From contig DAIEQM010000033.1 in NCBI GenBank assembly GCA_027347685.1, positions 1 to 40,364 of the forward strand: DNA of 40,364 bases, written 5' to 3'. Shown here piece by piece: positions 8,051-15,663 of this stretch. The translations under genes were made by a program, and so were the position numbers. This stretch comes from Candidatus Woesebacteria bacterium (GTDB taxonomy: Bacteria; Patescibacteriota; Microgenomatia; UBA8517). Under the pieces are notes generated by a model. That model saw nothing but the letters and a program-made list of their open reading frames with translations. It was not told where the DNA came from and ran no database searches. The stretch's first letter is position 1. Each line of letters opens with the position of its first letter.

Positions 8051-8051
8051 T

Positions 8052-8081
8052 TTGACTTCAGCTGAGAGAGTTTCATATAAT
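8052..8081 (+). promoter_or_regulatory. near-consensus promoter: TTGACT, 18-nt spacer, TATAAT
   Basis: ttgacttcagctgagagagtttcatataat. Confidence 0.6.
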
Positions 8082-8087
8082 ATGCGC

Positions 8088-8196
8088 ATGAAACACGTTT
8101 TCGTTATTACCAATCTCATGCTCCTTACGGGCAGGGGGTAACGTGTTTTAAAAAAATAAACACGGGCAACCCCTTCAAATAGAAGGGGATTTTTTA
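8088..8196 (+). other. tiny stand-alone transcription unit: a 17-codon leaderless micro-ORF or small RNA, with alternative hairpins and a terminator
   Basis: ATG 8088 lies exactly 6 nt after TATAAT. The ORF reads MKHVFVITNLMLLTGRG with stop at 8139-8141. AAACACGTT (8091-8099) pairs with AACGTGTTT (8140-8148), and CGTGTTT can alternatively pair with AAACACG (8158-8164). The terminator CCCCTTC, 5-nt loop, GAAGGGG plus ATTTTTT lies at 8170-8196. Confidence 0.4.
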
Positions 8197-8304
8197 TTGC
8201 GAAGCAACAAGCTTTACGTAATGCTGCAAAGACGATAGTAGGAAAGCGATTTTTATAAAAAGTCGTTTTTCAATATCGTTTTAGGCTCATGAGGAGACTG
8301 TACG

Positions 8305-8625
8305 ATGGAAAAGGTACTGTTACCGCTTTTTGTTGGAGATGAACGTGACAGCAGCACAAAGCGGCTTATGACATGGCTATTTCTGAAAGATTTCCCTATC
8401 GGAGATCTCATGAATACGCCACTCACGCCCGATTACATTCCGGTGATTCATACGGAACTAATCAAGGGAATGATTGTCACGACATGGCCAGCAGGGTTTG
8501 TGCGCCCACAATGGTGCGCTGATCGGCAAAAAGTGCTTTTATTTCGTGAACGAATGCTTTCGCAGTGTCCACAAGGGCAACTGATTGAAGCAATTAATCG
8601 ACTTGTGTCACCCGCACACGCATAG
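8305..8625 (+). CDS. hypothetical 106-aa protein
   Basis: Track ORF with GAGGAG 8 nt upstream and a strong terminator after it. Confidence 0.6.
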   Translation: MEKVLLPLFVGDERDSSTKRLMTWLFLKDFPIGDLMNTPLTPDYIPVIHTELIKGMIVTTWPAGFVRPQWCADRQKVLLFRERMLSQCPQGQLIEAINRLVSPAHA

Positions 8626-8637
8626 TTTCTCTGAATT

Positions 8638-8672
8638 GGGGTTGAGTCAATTCTCAACCCCTCTTTTTTTTG
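8638..8672 (+). terminator. intrinsic terminator
   Basis: GGGGTTGAG, 6-nt loop, CTCAACCCC (9 bp), then TCTTTTTTTT. Confidence 0.7.
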
Positions 8673-8693
8673 GTATACTAGCGGCACGAGGCA

Positions 8694-8781
8694 AACAAGG
8701 ACCCTTAGCTCAAGTAGGTTAAGCATAGCTTGGCCAATTGAGCACAGGATCTAATTAAATTAACAAGGACCCTTAGCTCAA
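8694..8781 (+). repeat. 20-nt exact direct repeat that copies the tRNA-Val 5' end into its own leader
   Basis: aacaaggacccttagctcaa occurs at 8694-8713 and 8762-8781. The first copy runs into a long hairpin (8707-8743): GCTCAA/TTGAGC enclosing GGTTAAGC/GCTTGGCC. Confidence 0.8.
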
Positions 8782-8840
8782 TTGGCTAGAGCGATTCATT
8801 GACGTTGAATAGGTTCTGGGTTCAAGTCCCAGGGGGTCCA
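8767..8840 (+). tRNA. tRNA-Val (anticodon GAC)
   Basis: Hand-folded cloverleaf: acceptor GGACCCT/GGGGTCC, D arm GCTC/GAGC, anticodon stem ATTCA/TGAAT with loop TTGACGT (GAC at 8801-8803), T arm CTGGG-TTCAAGT-CCCAG, discriminator A. CCA is not encoded. TGGTATACT (8671-8679) is a likely promoter. Confidence 0.9.
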
Positions 8841-8898
8841 CAAAAGTTTGTAAAACCAAAGCGAAGATGACATTTCAGCTCCTTAGTTGGATTTTTAT

Positions 8899-10074
8899 TT
8901 ATACCAACTTCAGTTCTTTGTGTGAGAAGATCTTAATTGCCAAATAAATACACACAACGGTAAGTACACTTGCTCCCAAAAATGGAGCACTAATAGAAAT
9001 TGTTGCCAGGGCTCCAGCAAGAATAGGCCCAATAATTTGGCCAATACTCATATATGACGCGTTCAAACCTTGCATTTCTCCTTGTTCGGTCTCTTCCGTC
9101 TCTTCAGACAAAATAGTTTGAGTAATCGGTTGCACAAAGTTGTTCACGAGCCCCAGCGCAACACTTGCAATGACAAATGGCACCACACTGCGGGCAAAAA
9201 ACATAAACGCGAAAACAGTTGCCACCCATGTTAACGAAAAGAGTAATGCCTTTTTTACCTTAAAAATCTTAAGTGCTTTTTGTAACAGTACCAGTTGTGA
9301 AATAAGTCCCAAAACGCCAAATAAGCTAAACAAAAGTGATATACCTGTTGGGCTCATGTGAAGAACTTGAACCGTTGAGCTCTGAAATCCAAAGATGAAA
9401 AGAGAAAAGGCCATAAAATAGCAGAGGGTCAATAGAAGGGTGGCTCCAACCGTTTTATTGGTAAGAGCAGAAGCAAGCTTCTTAAAATCAAAGAGTTTCG
9501 CATGTGATAATTTGCCCATGTTTTTGTTTGTTTCAGGCAAAAAGATTGCTGTGATAACTACCGCAACGAGTGATATCGCGGCTGCAATAAGAAAAGGAAT
9601 TGAGGCATTAATTCCCACGGTTGCTGCTGAAATTGCTGGGCCAAAAATAAATCCAAATCCAAACGCCGCGCCAATGATGCCAAAACCTTTCGCTCTGTCC
9701 TTTGGTTCAGTAGTATCGGTAATAACAGCTGAAGCGACCGGAATGTTGCCCGCAGTAATGCCATCAAGCGCTCGAGCCAAAAACAGAAAAATAGCGCTCG
9801 GAGCAAAAGCGGTAATGAGAAATGATAGTGCAGTTCCAGCAATAGAAATGATGAGAAGTGGTTTACGACCATATTTATCAGAGAGACGGCCAATAATAGG
9901 AGTTGAGAAAAATTGGCACAGGGAAAAAAGCGCAAACAGGATTCCATTTTGAAAGTCGGTGAGTCCAAATCGCTTTGAATACGAATAGAGAATTGGAATA
10001 ATAATTCCATATCCCAATGCGTTCACAATAGCGATAAGGGCAATAATAGCGAGGTTTTTATTGTTTTTAAACAT
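8899..10074 (-). CDS. MFS transporter (drug/H+ antiporter-like)
   Basis: 391 aa with about 12 TM helices. GRLSDKYGRKPLL matches the MFS loop 2-3 signature. Confidence 0.85.
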   Translation of the reverse strand: MFKNNKNLAIIALIAIVNALGYGIIIPILYSYSKRFGLTDFQNGILFALFSLCQFFSTPIIGRLSDKYGRKPLLIISIAGTALSFLITAFAPSAIFLFLARALDGITAGNIPVASAVITDTTEPKDRAKGFGIIGAAFGFGFIFGPAISAATVGINASIPFLIAAAISLVAVVITAIFLPETNKNMGKLSHAKLFDFKKLASALTNKTVGATLLLTLCYFMAFSLFIFGFQSSTVQVLHMSPTGISLLFSLFGVLGLISQLVLLQKALKIFKVKKALLFSLTWVATVFAFMFFARSVVPFVIASVALGLVNNFVQPITQTILSEETEETEQGEMQGLNASYMSIGQIIGPILAGALATISISAPFLGASVLTVVCIYLAIKIFSHKELKLV

Positions 10075-10091
10075 GAAGTTTTATTATACCA
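10075..10091 (-). promoter_or_regulatory. extended -10 TGGTATAAT 8 nt before the MFS ATG
   Basis: The minus strand reads TGGTATAATaaaacttcATG. No SD. Confidence 0.4.
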
Positions 10092-10140
10092 ATTGCCATC
10101 GAAATCTAAAAGGGTGAGGGTATTGCTACCCCCACGATAT

Positions 10141-10488
10141 TCACCACATACCATAGTAAGCTCTGATCCAAACACAACGCCACTCACATTTCCAGTGCAC
10201 CCACTTTACAAACGAGTCAGCAAACTGACGAGCTGTTTCAAATTCTACGATTGCGGCTGTGAGATCATCAAGGGTTTTAAAACCCCTAAACTCAACAATA
10301 CCGTCCTGATGGTACAAACCATTTCCATTAACGCCTTCACCATGATACCGAATGCACACCACTCGCCCCAGATTTTTCGAATTGTCATTGAGTACGGAAT
10401 AAAGCGAATGAGTGTTGACCACATGTTGCTGGCCATTTAAAAGTAAGCTTCTCCAAAAACCCAGTTCTGTGACCTGAACAGAAGCCAT
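10141..10488 (-). CDS. hypothetical 115-aa protein
   Basis: Track ORF 10141..10503 starts at TTG. ATG 10488 is preceded by GGAGGTG with a 6-nt spacer, and TGATATAAT lies upstream on the minus strand (about 10523-10531). Confidence 0.6.
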   Translation of the reverse strand: MASVQVTELGFWRSLLLNGQQHVVNTHSLYSVLNDNSKNLGRVVCIRYHGEGVNGNGLYHQDGIVEFRGFKTLDDLTAAIVEFETARQFADSFVKWVHWKCEWRCVWIRAYYGMW

Positions 10489-10729
10489 TTCATACACCTC
10501 CAAAATCAGTAGATCGAGGCTAATTATATCAGAAAATGATATACTAACTCACTGTATCGTTGTTTTAAACAAAAAGGTTTACCTTTTTTACATTTAGGAG
10601 TAGTTTTTTTATTGTATTGTAGGTTTTAACCCAAAAATATTTTTAATATTTTTGAAGGTGAGAAACAGTTTAGAAGTGAGGCTTTTTGCGTCCAGCATAA
10701 AAGCAAGCTCATAAACTGATTTCGAACGC

Positions 10730-10800
10730 GGGCCCCTCGTTCAGTGGTAGGACACATGGCTGGCAGTCATGGAATGAGGGTTCGATTCCCTCGGGGTCCA
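10730..10800 (+). tRNA. tRNA-Ala (anticodon GGC)
   Basis: Acceptor GGGCCCC/GGGGTCC carries the G3-U70 wobble pair, the alanine identity element. D arm GTTC/GGAC, anticodon loop CTGGCAG (GGC at 10762-10764), T arm GAGGG-TTCGATT-CCCTC. CCA is not encoded. Confidence 0.85.
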
Positions 10801-10806
10801 CAAAAG

Positions 10807-10822
10807 TGCTACTATGTAGGTA
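10807..10822 (+). promoter_or_regulatory. extended -10 TGCTACTAT 7 nt before ATG 10823
   Basis: tgctactatgtaggtaATG. No SD. Confidence 0.4.
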
Positions 10823-11596
10823 ATGTTTCTTCAATCTCTTCTTATTTGCAGTATTGTTATTTTCTTCTTTGTCACCGGTTTTTACATTCTCGCCCTTAAA
10901 CTTAAAAACAATTCTGTTGCAGATATTGCTTGGGGACTTGGAATTATGATCATTGCCATTACGACACTATTGGCAAATGGCTCAAGCTCTCCACGACAAC
11001 TCCTCATCACTGCACTTGTCGTGTTTTGGGGAGTACGACTTGCTACTCATATCTATATGCGAAATAAAGGAAAGCACGAAGACTTTCGGTACAAGCAGTG
11101 GAGAGAGCAGTGGGGAAGCAAATGGAAAGTAAAAAGTTATGTGTATGTATTTTTGCTTCAAGGAGCACTCATGCTGTTGGTTTCATTTCCGGTTATTTAT
11201 ACCAATTCGTACAGTGTGGGAGCTCATGGTGTTTTTGATCGAATGGGAACACTGCTCTGGATTGTTGGCTTTTATTTTGAAACGGTGGGCGACTCTCAAC
11301 TTATGAAGTTTAAAAGTAAATCGAGCAATAAAGGTAAAATTATGACTTCCGGATTATGGAAATACACCCGACACCCAAATTATTTTGGAGAAAGCGCCAT
11401 GTGGTGGGGAATTTATATCATTACGCTTTCAAACTTGAACGCTTGGTGGACTATTGTTGGACCACTTTTTATTACCTACTCACTTTTAAAAGTGTCGGGG
11501 GTAACACTTCTTGAAAAGAAATATTTTGGCAACAAAGAATATCTGCAATATCAAAAAAACACTTCAGCTTTTATCCCATGGTTTTCCAAGAAGTAA
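10823..11596 (+). CDS. DUF1295 / steroid 5-alpha-reductase-like membrane protein
   Basis: 257 aa, polytopic. The C-terminal GLWKYTRHPNYFGESAMWWG is the family signature. Confidence 0.8.
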   Translation: MFLQSLLICSIVIFFFVTGFYILALKLKNNSVADIAWGLGIMIIAITTLLANGSSSPRQLLITALVVFWGVRLATHIYMRNKGKHEDFRYKQWREQWGSKWKVKSYVYVFLLQGALMLLVSFPVIYTNSYSVGAHGVFDRMGTLLWIVGFYFETVGDSQLMKFKSKSSNKGKIMTSGLWKYTRHPNYFGESAMWWGIYIITLSNLNAWWTIVGPLFITYSLLKVSGVTLLEKKYFGNKEYLQYQKNTSAFIPWFSKK

Positions 11597-11666
11597 GCTT
11601 GACTTTTTGCAGTCTTTAACCCATAATAATATATCGGTAAGTGTAGATTTGTTGATAGGACTAATT

Positions 11667-11861
11667 ATGCTTAGGAGATGGAAAACTCGAAATGAAAAGA
11701 CTGATGATTTTCTAAAGATGCGCGAGCAAGATCTTCGAATTGTGGCAGCACAAAACGAGAAGATAGACGATCCAACAAAGAAAGCGCAGTCTGTTCCTGA
11801 AAATCAACGTTTCATTCCGTGGAATGAGCGGAATGACATCGACCTGACAGACACTGATTAA
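11667..11861 (+). CDS. possible 64-aa acidic protein
   Basis: This is the internal ATG of track ORF 11511..11861, which otherwise overlaps the previous gene. TTGACT, 17-nt spacer, CATAAT lies at about 11601-11629. A weak AGGA lies 7 nt upstream and a terminator follows. Confidence 0.35.
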   Translation: MLRRWKTRNEKTDDFLKMREQDLRIVAAQNEKIDDPTKKAQSVPENQRFIPWNERNDIDLTDTD

Positions 11862-11868
11862 CAGCAGG

Positions 11869-11897
11869 GGGAGCGGTAATGCCGCTCCTCTTTTTTA
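11869..11897 (+). terminator. intrinsic terminator
   Basis: GGAGCGG, taat loop, (G)CCGCTCC, then TCTTTTTTATT. Confidence 0.7.
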
Positions 11898-12110
11898 TTG
11901 ACAAACAAAGGGTAACTCCTCATACTATATTTACGAGCTGCAGTGACTAAGTCTAACCACCTTACGAGCACCCCGTCGATTAATCTCGTTATCGATTTAA
12001 CAAGTCCCTTTCACAGGGAGAAGCGAAGTGGAACCACGGCTTGACCGTCTTCGCAAATGCATTTTTAGTGCGTTTGCTAAGACGGTTATTTTTTATGTAA
12101 ACAACCATAT
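11898..12110 (+). promoter_or_regulatory. T-box riboswitch leader of thrS (promoter, antiterminator, terminator)
   Basis: Promoter: TTGACA (11898), 17-nt spacer, CATACT. Antiterminator at 12023-12054, in order: GCGAAG, UGGAACC, ACGG, CUUGA, CCGU, CUUCGC. These are helix A1, the 7-nt bulge carrying UGGN, and helix A2. A mutually exclusive 18-bp terminator (12043-12087) is followed by a U tract (12089-12094). The candidate Thr specifier ACC-A at 11956-11959 is tentative. Confidence 0.7.
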
Positions 12111-13871
12111 ATGAACAAACAATCACCTGACTATCTCGATCACTTACGACATTCAACTGCGCATCTTCTTGCGGCCGCAGTTATGGAGTTGTGGCCAACT
12201 GCCAAGAAAACCATTGGCCCTTCTATTGAAAACGGATTTTATTTCGACTTTGATTTTGGAGATACCAAAGTTTCAGAAGACGATTTTCCAGCAATCGAAG
12301 CCAAAATGAAAGAAATTATTGGAAGCTGGAAAGGTTTTGAGAGAATTGAGCTTTCTAAAGAAGATGCACTTAAAGAGTATACCGATAACGAATATAAAAA
12401 AGAGCTGATTGAGGAATTTGCAGGTGAGGGCCAAACACTTACTCTGTATAAATCTGGTGAATATTCAGATCTTTGTCGCGGAGGTCACGTCGAGCATCCC
12501 AATTCTGAAATCAACCATTTTAAAATTCTCTCGATTGCAGGCGCTTATTGGAGAGGGGATGAAAAAAACAAAATGCTTACCCGCATTTACGGAACCGTTT
12601 TCCCCACAAAAGTGGAGCTTGATGCCTATTTACTTTCTATAGAAGAAGCCCGCAAACGTGATCACCGAAAACTGGGGAAAGAGCTTGATTTGTTTAGTTT
12701 CTCTGAATATGTAGGAAGTGGCCTGCCACTTTACTCACCCAAAGGCGCGCTTGTTCGGCGACTTCTTACTGAGTTTATTGAAGAGGAACAAGTTGCGCTT
12801 GGGTATACACAAGTGTGGACACCACAAATTGCCAAAGCAGAACTCTTTAAGATTTCAGGACACTACGACAAATATAAAGAAGATATGTTCAAAGTTATGT
12901 CTAATTATTCAAAAGAAGAATTTTTCTTGAAGCCCATGAACTGTCCGCAACACACACAAATTTATGCAGCTCGACCAAGAAGTTACAAAGATTTACCCCT
13001 GAGGTACTCAGACTTTGCCATGCTCTACCGCGACGAACGCCCTGGAGAGCTTTCAGGCCTAGCTCGCGTTCGCTCGTTTTCAACCGATGATTGTCATATT
13101 TTTTGCAGAGAGGACCAAGTGGACGAAGAAATTGACAAAGCATTGCAAATGACCAAAAAAGTTATGAACGTATTCGGATTCAAATATCGCTACCGCTTGT
13201 CTACGCGCGATCCTCAGAATAAAGCCAAATATCTGGGTGATCCAAAGACATGGGACAAAGTAGAGGCATGGGCAGTTGAAATCATGAAGCGAAACGGTAT
13301 TGAGTATTATGATGGCCCCGGGGAAGCAGCATTTTACGCGCCAAAGATGGATCTTATGGCAACCGATGCTCTTGGCCGCGAATGGCAACTCTCAACCGTG
13401 CAAATCGACTATGTGCAGCCAGAACGCTTTGGTTTGGCCTATACCGACTCAGACGGCTCAGAGAAGCGTCCTATTATGCTTCATCGGGCAGTTTTGGGTT
13501 CCGCAGAGCGTGCAATGATGATTTTGATTGAGCATTTTGCGGGAAGTTTCCCTGTGTGGCTTTCTCCAGTGCAAGTAAAAGTACTCCCAATATCTGAAAA
13601 ACACCTTTTGTATGCAAAAGAGATTGAAGGGAAGCTTAAGGAGCGCGGAATACGAGTTGAACTTGATGAACGGAGTGAAACACTAAATGCAAAAATTCGG
13701 GATGCACAGTTAAGTAAGATTCCTTATATGATTATTCTGGGCGACCGTGAGATGGAAACCGCCCAAATTTCGGTCAGAAAACGCGATAATCAGAAATATG
13801 AAGGTACTGATCTCTCTGAATTTATTAACTTTGTGCTTGATAAAGCTCATACAAAGCACATAGAATTATAG
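12111..13871 (+). CDS. thrS: threonine--tRNA ligase (no N-terminal TGS domain)
   Basis: 586 aa. It starts in the editing domain (LRHSTAHLLAAAVMELWP) and has class II catalytic and anticodon-binding regions (FLKPMNCPQH, RVRSFSTDDCHIF). Confidence 0.95.
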   Translation: MNKQSPDYLDHLRHSTAHLLAAAVMELWPTAKKTIGPSIENGFYFDFDFGDTKVSEDDFPAIEAKMKEIIGSWKGFERIELSKEDALKEYTDNEYKKELIEEFAGEGQTLTLYKSGEYSDLCRGGHVEHPNSEINHFKILSIAGAYWRGDEKNKMLTRIYGTVFPTKVELDAYLLSIEEARKRDHRKLGKELDLFSFSEYVGSGLPLYSPKGALVRRLLTEFIEEEQVALGYTQVWTPQIAKAELFKISGHYDKYKEDMFKVMSNYSKEEFFLKPMNCPQHTQIYAARPRSYKDLPLRYSDFAMLYRDERPGELSGLARVRSFSTDDCHIFCREDQVDEEIDKALQMTKKVMNVFGFKYRYRLSTRDPQNKAKYLGDPKTWDKVEAWAVEIMKRNGIEYYDGPGEAAFYAPKMDLMATDALGREWQLSTVQIDYVQPERFGLAYTDSDGSEKRPIMLHRAVLGSAERAMMILIEHFAGSFPVWLSPVQVKVLPISEKHLLYAKEIEGKLKERGIRVELDERSETLNAKIRDAQLSKIPYMIILGDREMETAQISVRKRDNQKYEGTDLSEFINFVLDKAHTKHIEL

Positions 13872-13913
13872 ATAATTGCGTTTAAAGCGTAATTTTGATA
13901 TCATAACCTGCCG

Positions 13914-14486
13914 TTGAATAAGCTAAACGTTCCAGTAAACCAAGAAATCCGCGCACCAGAAGTGCGTGTTTTATCCGAGGATGGAAAACAGGTGGGAGTT
14001 ATGAAGATTGGTGAGGCCTTAGCTCACGCACAACAGCTTGGGGTTGATTTAATTGAAATCGTTCCCAATGCAACACCACCCGTTGTAAAAGCTATTGAAA
14101 TTGGCAAATATAAATATCAGGAAGAGAAAAAAGCTCGGGAAGTAGCAAAAAAAAGCAAGGGCGGGGAAGTAAAAGAATTACATTTTAGTCCGTTTATTGG
14201 AACTGGAGACTTTGAAACTCGAATCCGAAGGATCGATGAGTTTTTGGGGGATAGTAACAAAGTTCGTTTAGTCGTAAAGTTCAACAATAAGCAGCTAGGA
14301 GCAAAAGAGCACGGATATTCTGTTTTAAATAGAGTAAAAGAGCGCTTTGTAGATAGAATCGTCGTAGATATGGAGCCAAAGTTCTTTGGAAAATATCTCT
14401 CAATGGTTATTTCGCCATATAAAAAGAAAAACAAAAAACCTGAAGCCGTACAAATACAAGAAAATGCCGAAAATAAAAACGAATAA
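13914..14486 (+). CDS. infC: translation initiation factor IF-3
   Basis: NQEIRAPEVRVLSEDGKQVGVM...IEIGKYKYQEEKK. The first possible start after in-frame stop 13896-13898 is TTG 13914 (or CTG 13908). No ATG is available. Confidence 0.9.
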   Translation: MNKLNVPVNQEIRAPEVRVLSEDGKQVGVMKIGEALAHAQQLGVDLIEIVPNATPPVVKAIEIGKYKYQEEKKAREVAKKSKGGEVKELHFSPFIGTGDFETRIRRIDEFLGDSNKVRLVVKFNNKQLGAKEHGYSVLNRVKERFVDRIVVDMEPKFFGKYLSMVISPYKKKNKKPEAVQIQENAENKNE

Positions 14487-14697
14487 ATCAATTTCTAAAC
14501 GATTTAGAATTACCAAGAACGGGAAAGTTCTTCGTGGACAAAATTTCAACCGACATTTAAGTGTACGAAAATCAAGTAAGCACAAGAGAGCCTTGTCAGG
14601 AACCGTTGTTACCAAAGAAACATTTGCTAAGAAAATTCGTAAAGCATTAGGAATTAAAAAGCCAAGTGCACTCAAAAAACTACTAAAAAGATCATGA
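14464..14697 (+). CDS. rpmI: 50S ribosomal protein L35
   Basis: MPKIKTNKSISKRFRITKNGKVLRGQNFNRHL. This is an internal ATG of track ORF 14386..14697. It overlaps the infC end by 23 nt. Confidence 0.9.
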   Translation: MPKIKTNKSISKRFRITKNGKVLRGQNFNRHLSVRKSSKHKRALSGTVVTKETFAKKIRKALGIKKPSALKKLLKRS

Positions 14698-15029
14698 GAG
14701 TAAAATCAATCGCAAGCCGCAAACACAAAAAAATTCGAGAAGCCACAAAAGGCTTTCGAAACGCTGCACGTCGACGTATTGTTGTGGGAAAGCAAGCTAT
14801 TATGCATGCCGGACAATATGCATATGTTGGACGACGTCTCAAAAAGCGCGACCTAAAGTCGCTCTGGATTATTCGTCTTGGAGCTGCAGCTAAAGAAAAC
14901 GGCACAAGTTATAGTGTTCTTATCAATAAACTTAAAAAAGCCAATGTTGAGCTGGACCGAAAAGTTTTGTCAGACATTGCAGCACGAGATCCACAAGCCT
15001 TCAAACAAATTGTTTCTTCATTGAACTAA
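14694..15029 (+). CDS. rplT: 50S ribosomal protein L20
   Basis: MRVKSIASRKHKKIREATKGFRNAARRR...LWIIRLGAAAKENG. ATGA overlap with rpmI. Confidence 0.95.
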   Translation: MRVKSIASRKHKKIREATKGFRNAARRRIVVGKQAIMHAGQYAYVGRRLKKRDLKSLWIIRLGAAAKENGTSYSVLINKLKKANVELDRKVLSDIAARDPQAFKQIVSSLN

Positions 15030-15099
15030 CAGTTTTGACACTGTACCCACGGTTATCTTATTATCGATGTGAGTAGTTTTTAGTGAAGGGGGTGTTGTA

Positions 15100-15300
15100 A
15101 TGATAAACGCTGACCGGCATGTGGAAATTTCGAAAGTGATCACACGGTTGCAGAAGTATCAGTTAGAAGATTTTGAAGCCTTATGTTTGGCAAAAACCAA
15201 TACAGAGCGCGACATCTTGAGGCACATGATTAAAGCTCGTGCACGAACGCTTTCCTTAATCTACGCATGGATGAAAATCGAATATCTCAAGGGTGACTAA
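15100..15300 (+). CDS. hypothetical 66-aa helical protein
   Basis: Track ORF with GGGGGT 7 nt upstream and its own terminator. Confidence 0.5.
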   Translation: MINADRHVEISKVITRLQKYQLEDFEALCLAKTNTERDILRHMIKARARTLSLIYAWMKIEYLKGD

Positions 15301-15310
15301 CCGTACCCAA

Positions 15311-15337
15311 AATCCCTACAGCAGTGGGGATTTTTTT
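15311..15337 (+). terminator. intrinsic terminator
   Basis: AATCCCTAC, 4-nt loop, GTGGGGATT, then TTTTT. Confidence 0.6.
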
Positions 15338-15394
15338 ATGTCTGTTTTCAGGCTACAATGCCCATGCGTTTGTAGTATCAAGGAGATAGAGTTC

Positions 15395-15589
15395 ATGGAA
15401 GTTCGAGAATTCAGAGCACACTTGTGGCAGTACGAGACACTTGAAAGGCTTCAGAAGATGGATATTGCTCGGCTGAAAGCTTTTCCTCAAAGAAATAACG
15501 GTGTCAGTATAAACACTCTCAAGGAGAATATCAGAAGTCGAGAAATATCACTCCGAGCATTGCGTAAACGCTTAACAGAATCATTTTAG
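15395..15589 (+). CDS. hypothetical 64-aa helical protein
   Basis: Internal ATG of track ORF 15293..15589. AGGAGA lies 8 nt upstream and TACAAT at 15350-15355 is a likely -10 box. Confidence 0.5.
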   Translation: MEVREFRAHLWQYETLERLQKMDIARLKAFPQRNNGVSINTLKENIRSREISLRALRKRLTESF

Positions 15590-15606
15590 TTTATTCAAGC
15601 TAGACG

Positions 15607-15632
15607 ACTCTCCACAAATGTGGGGAGTTTTT
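15607..15632 (+). terminator. intrinsic terminator
   Basis: ACTCTCCAC, 4-nt loop, GTGGGGAGT, then TTTT. Confidence 0.65.
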
Positions 15633-15651
15633 CTTTTGCTTGTGTTCACGC

Positions 15652-15663
15652 TACAATACCCAT
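15652..15663 (+). promoter_or_regulatory. -10 box TACAAT 6 nt before the pheS ATG
   Basis: gcTACAATacccatATG. No SD. Confidence 0.45.

Noticed and set aside
8088-8196. SRP (4.5S) RNA, a preQ1 riboswitch or another compact known RNA in the 8.1-kb spacer.
   Set aside because: I could not find the SRP domain IV consensus (GGAA tetraloop with AGCAGC context) or an H-type pseudoknot layout by eye. The region is left as an unclassified micro-unit. An Rfam scan would be decisive.
8698-8760. A second tRNA gene upstream of tRNA-Val, because it starts with the same GGACCCTTAGCTCAA.
   Set aside because: No anticodon stem or T arm can be formed. The sequence folds into one long hairpin instead. I treat it as a partial duplicate.
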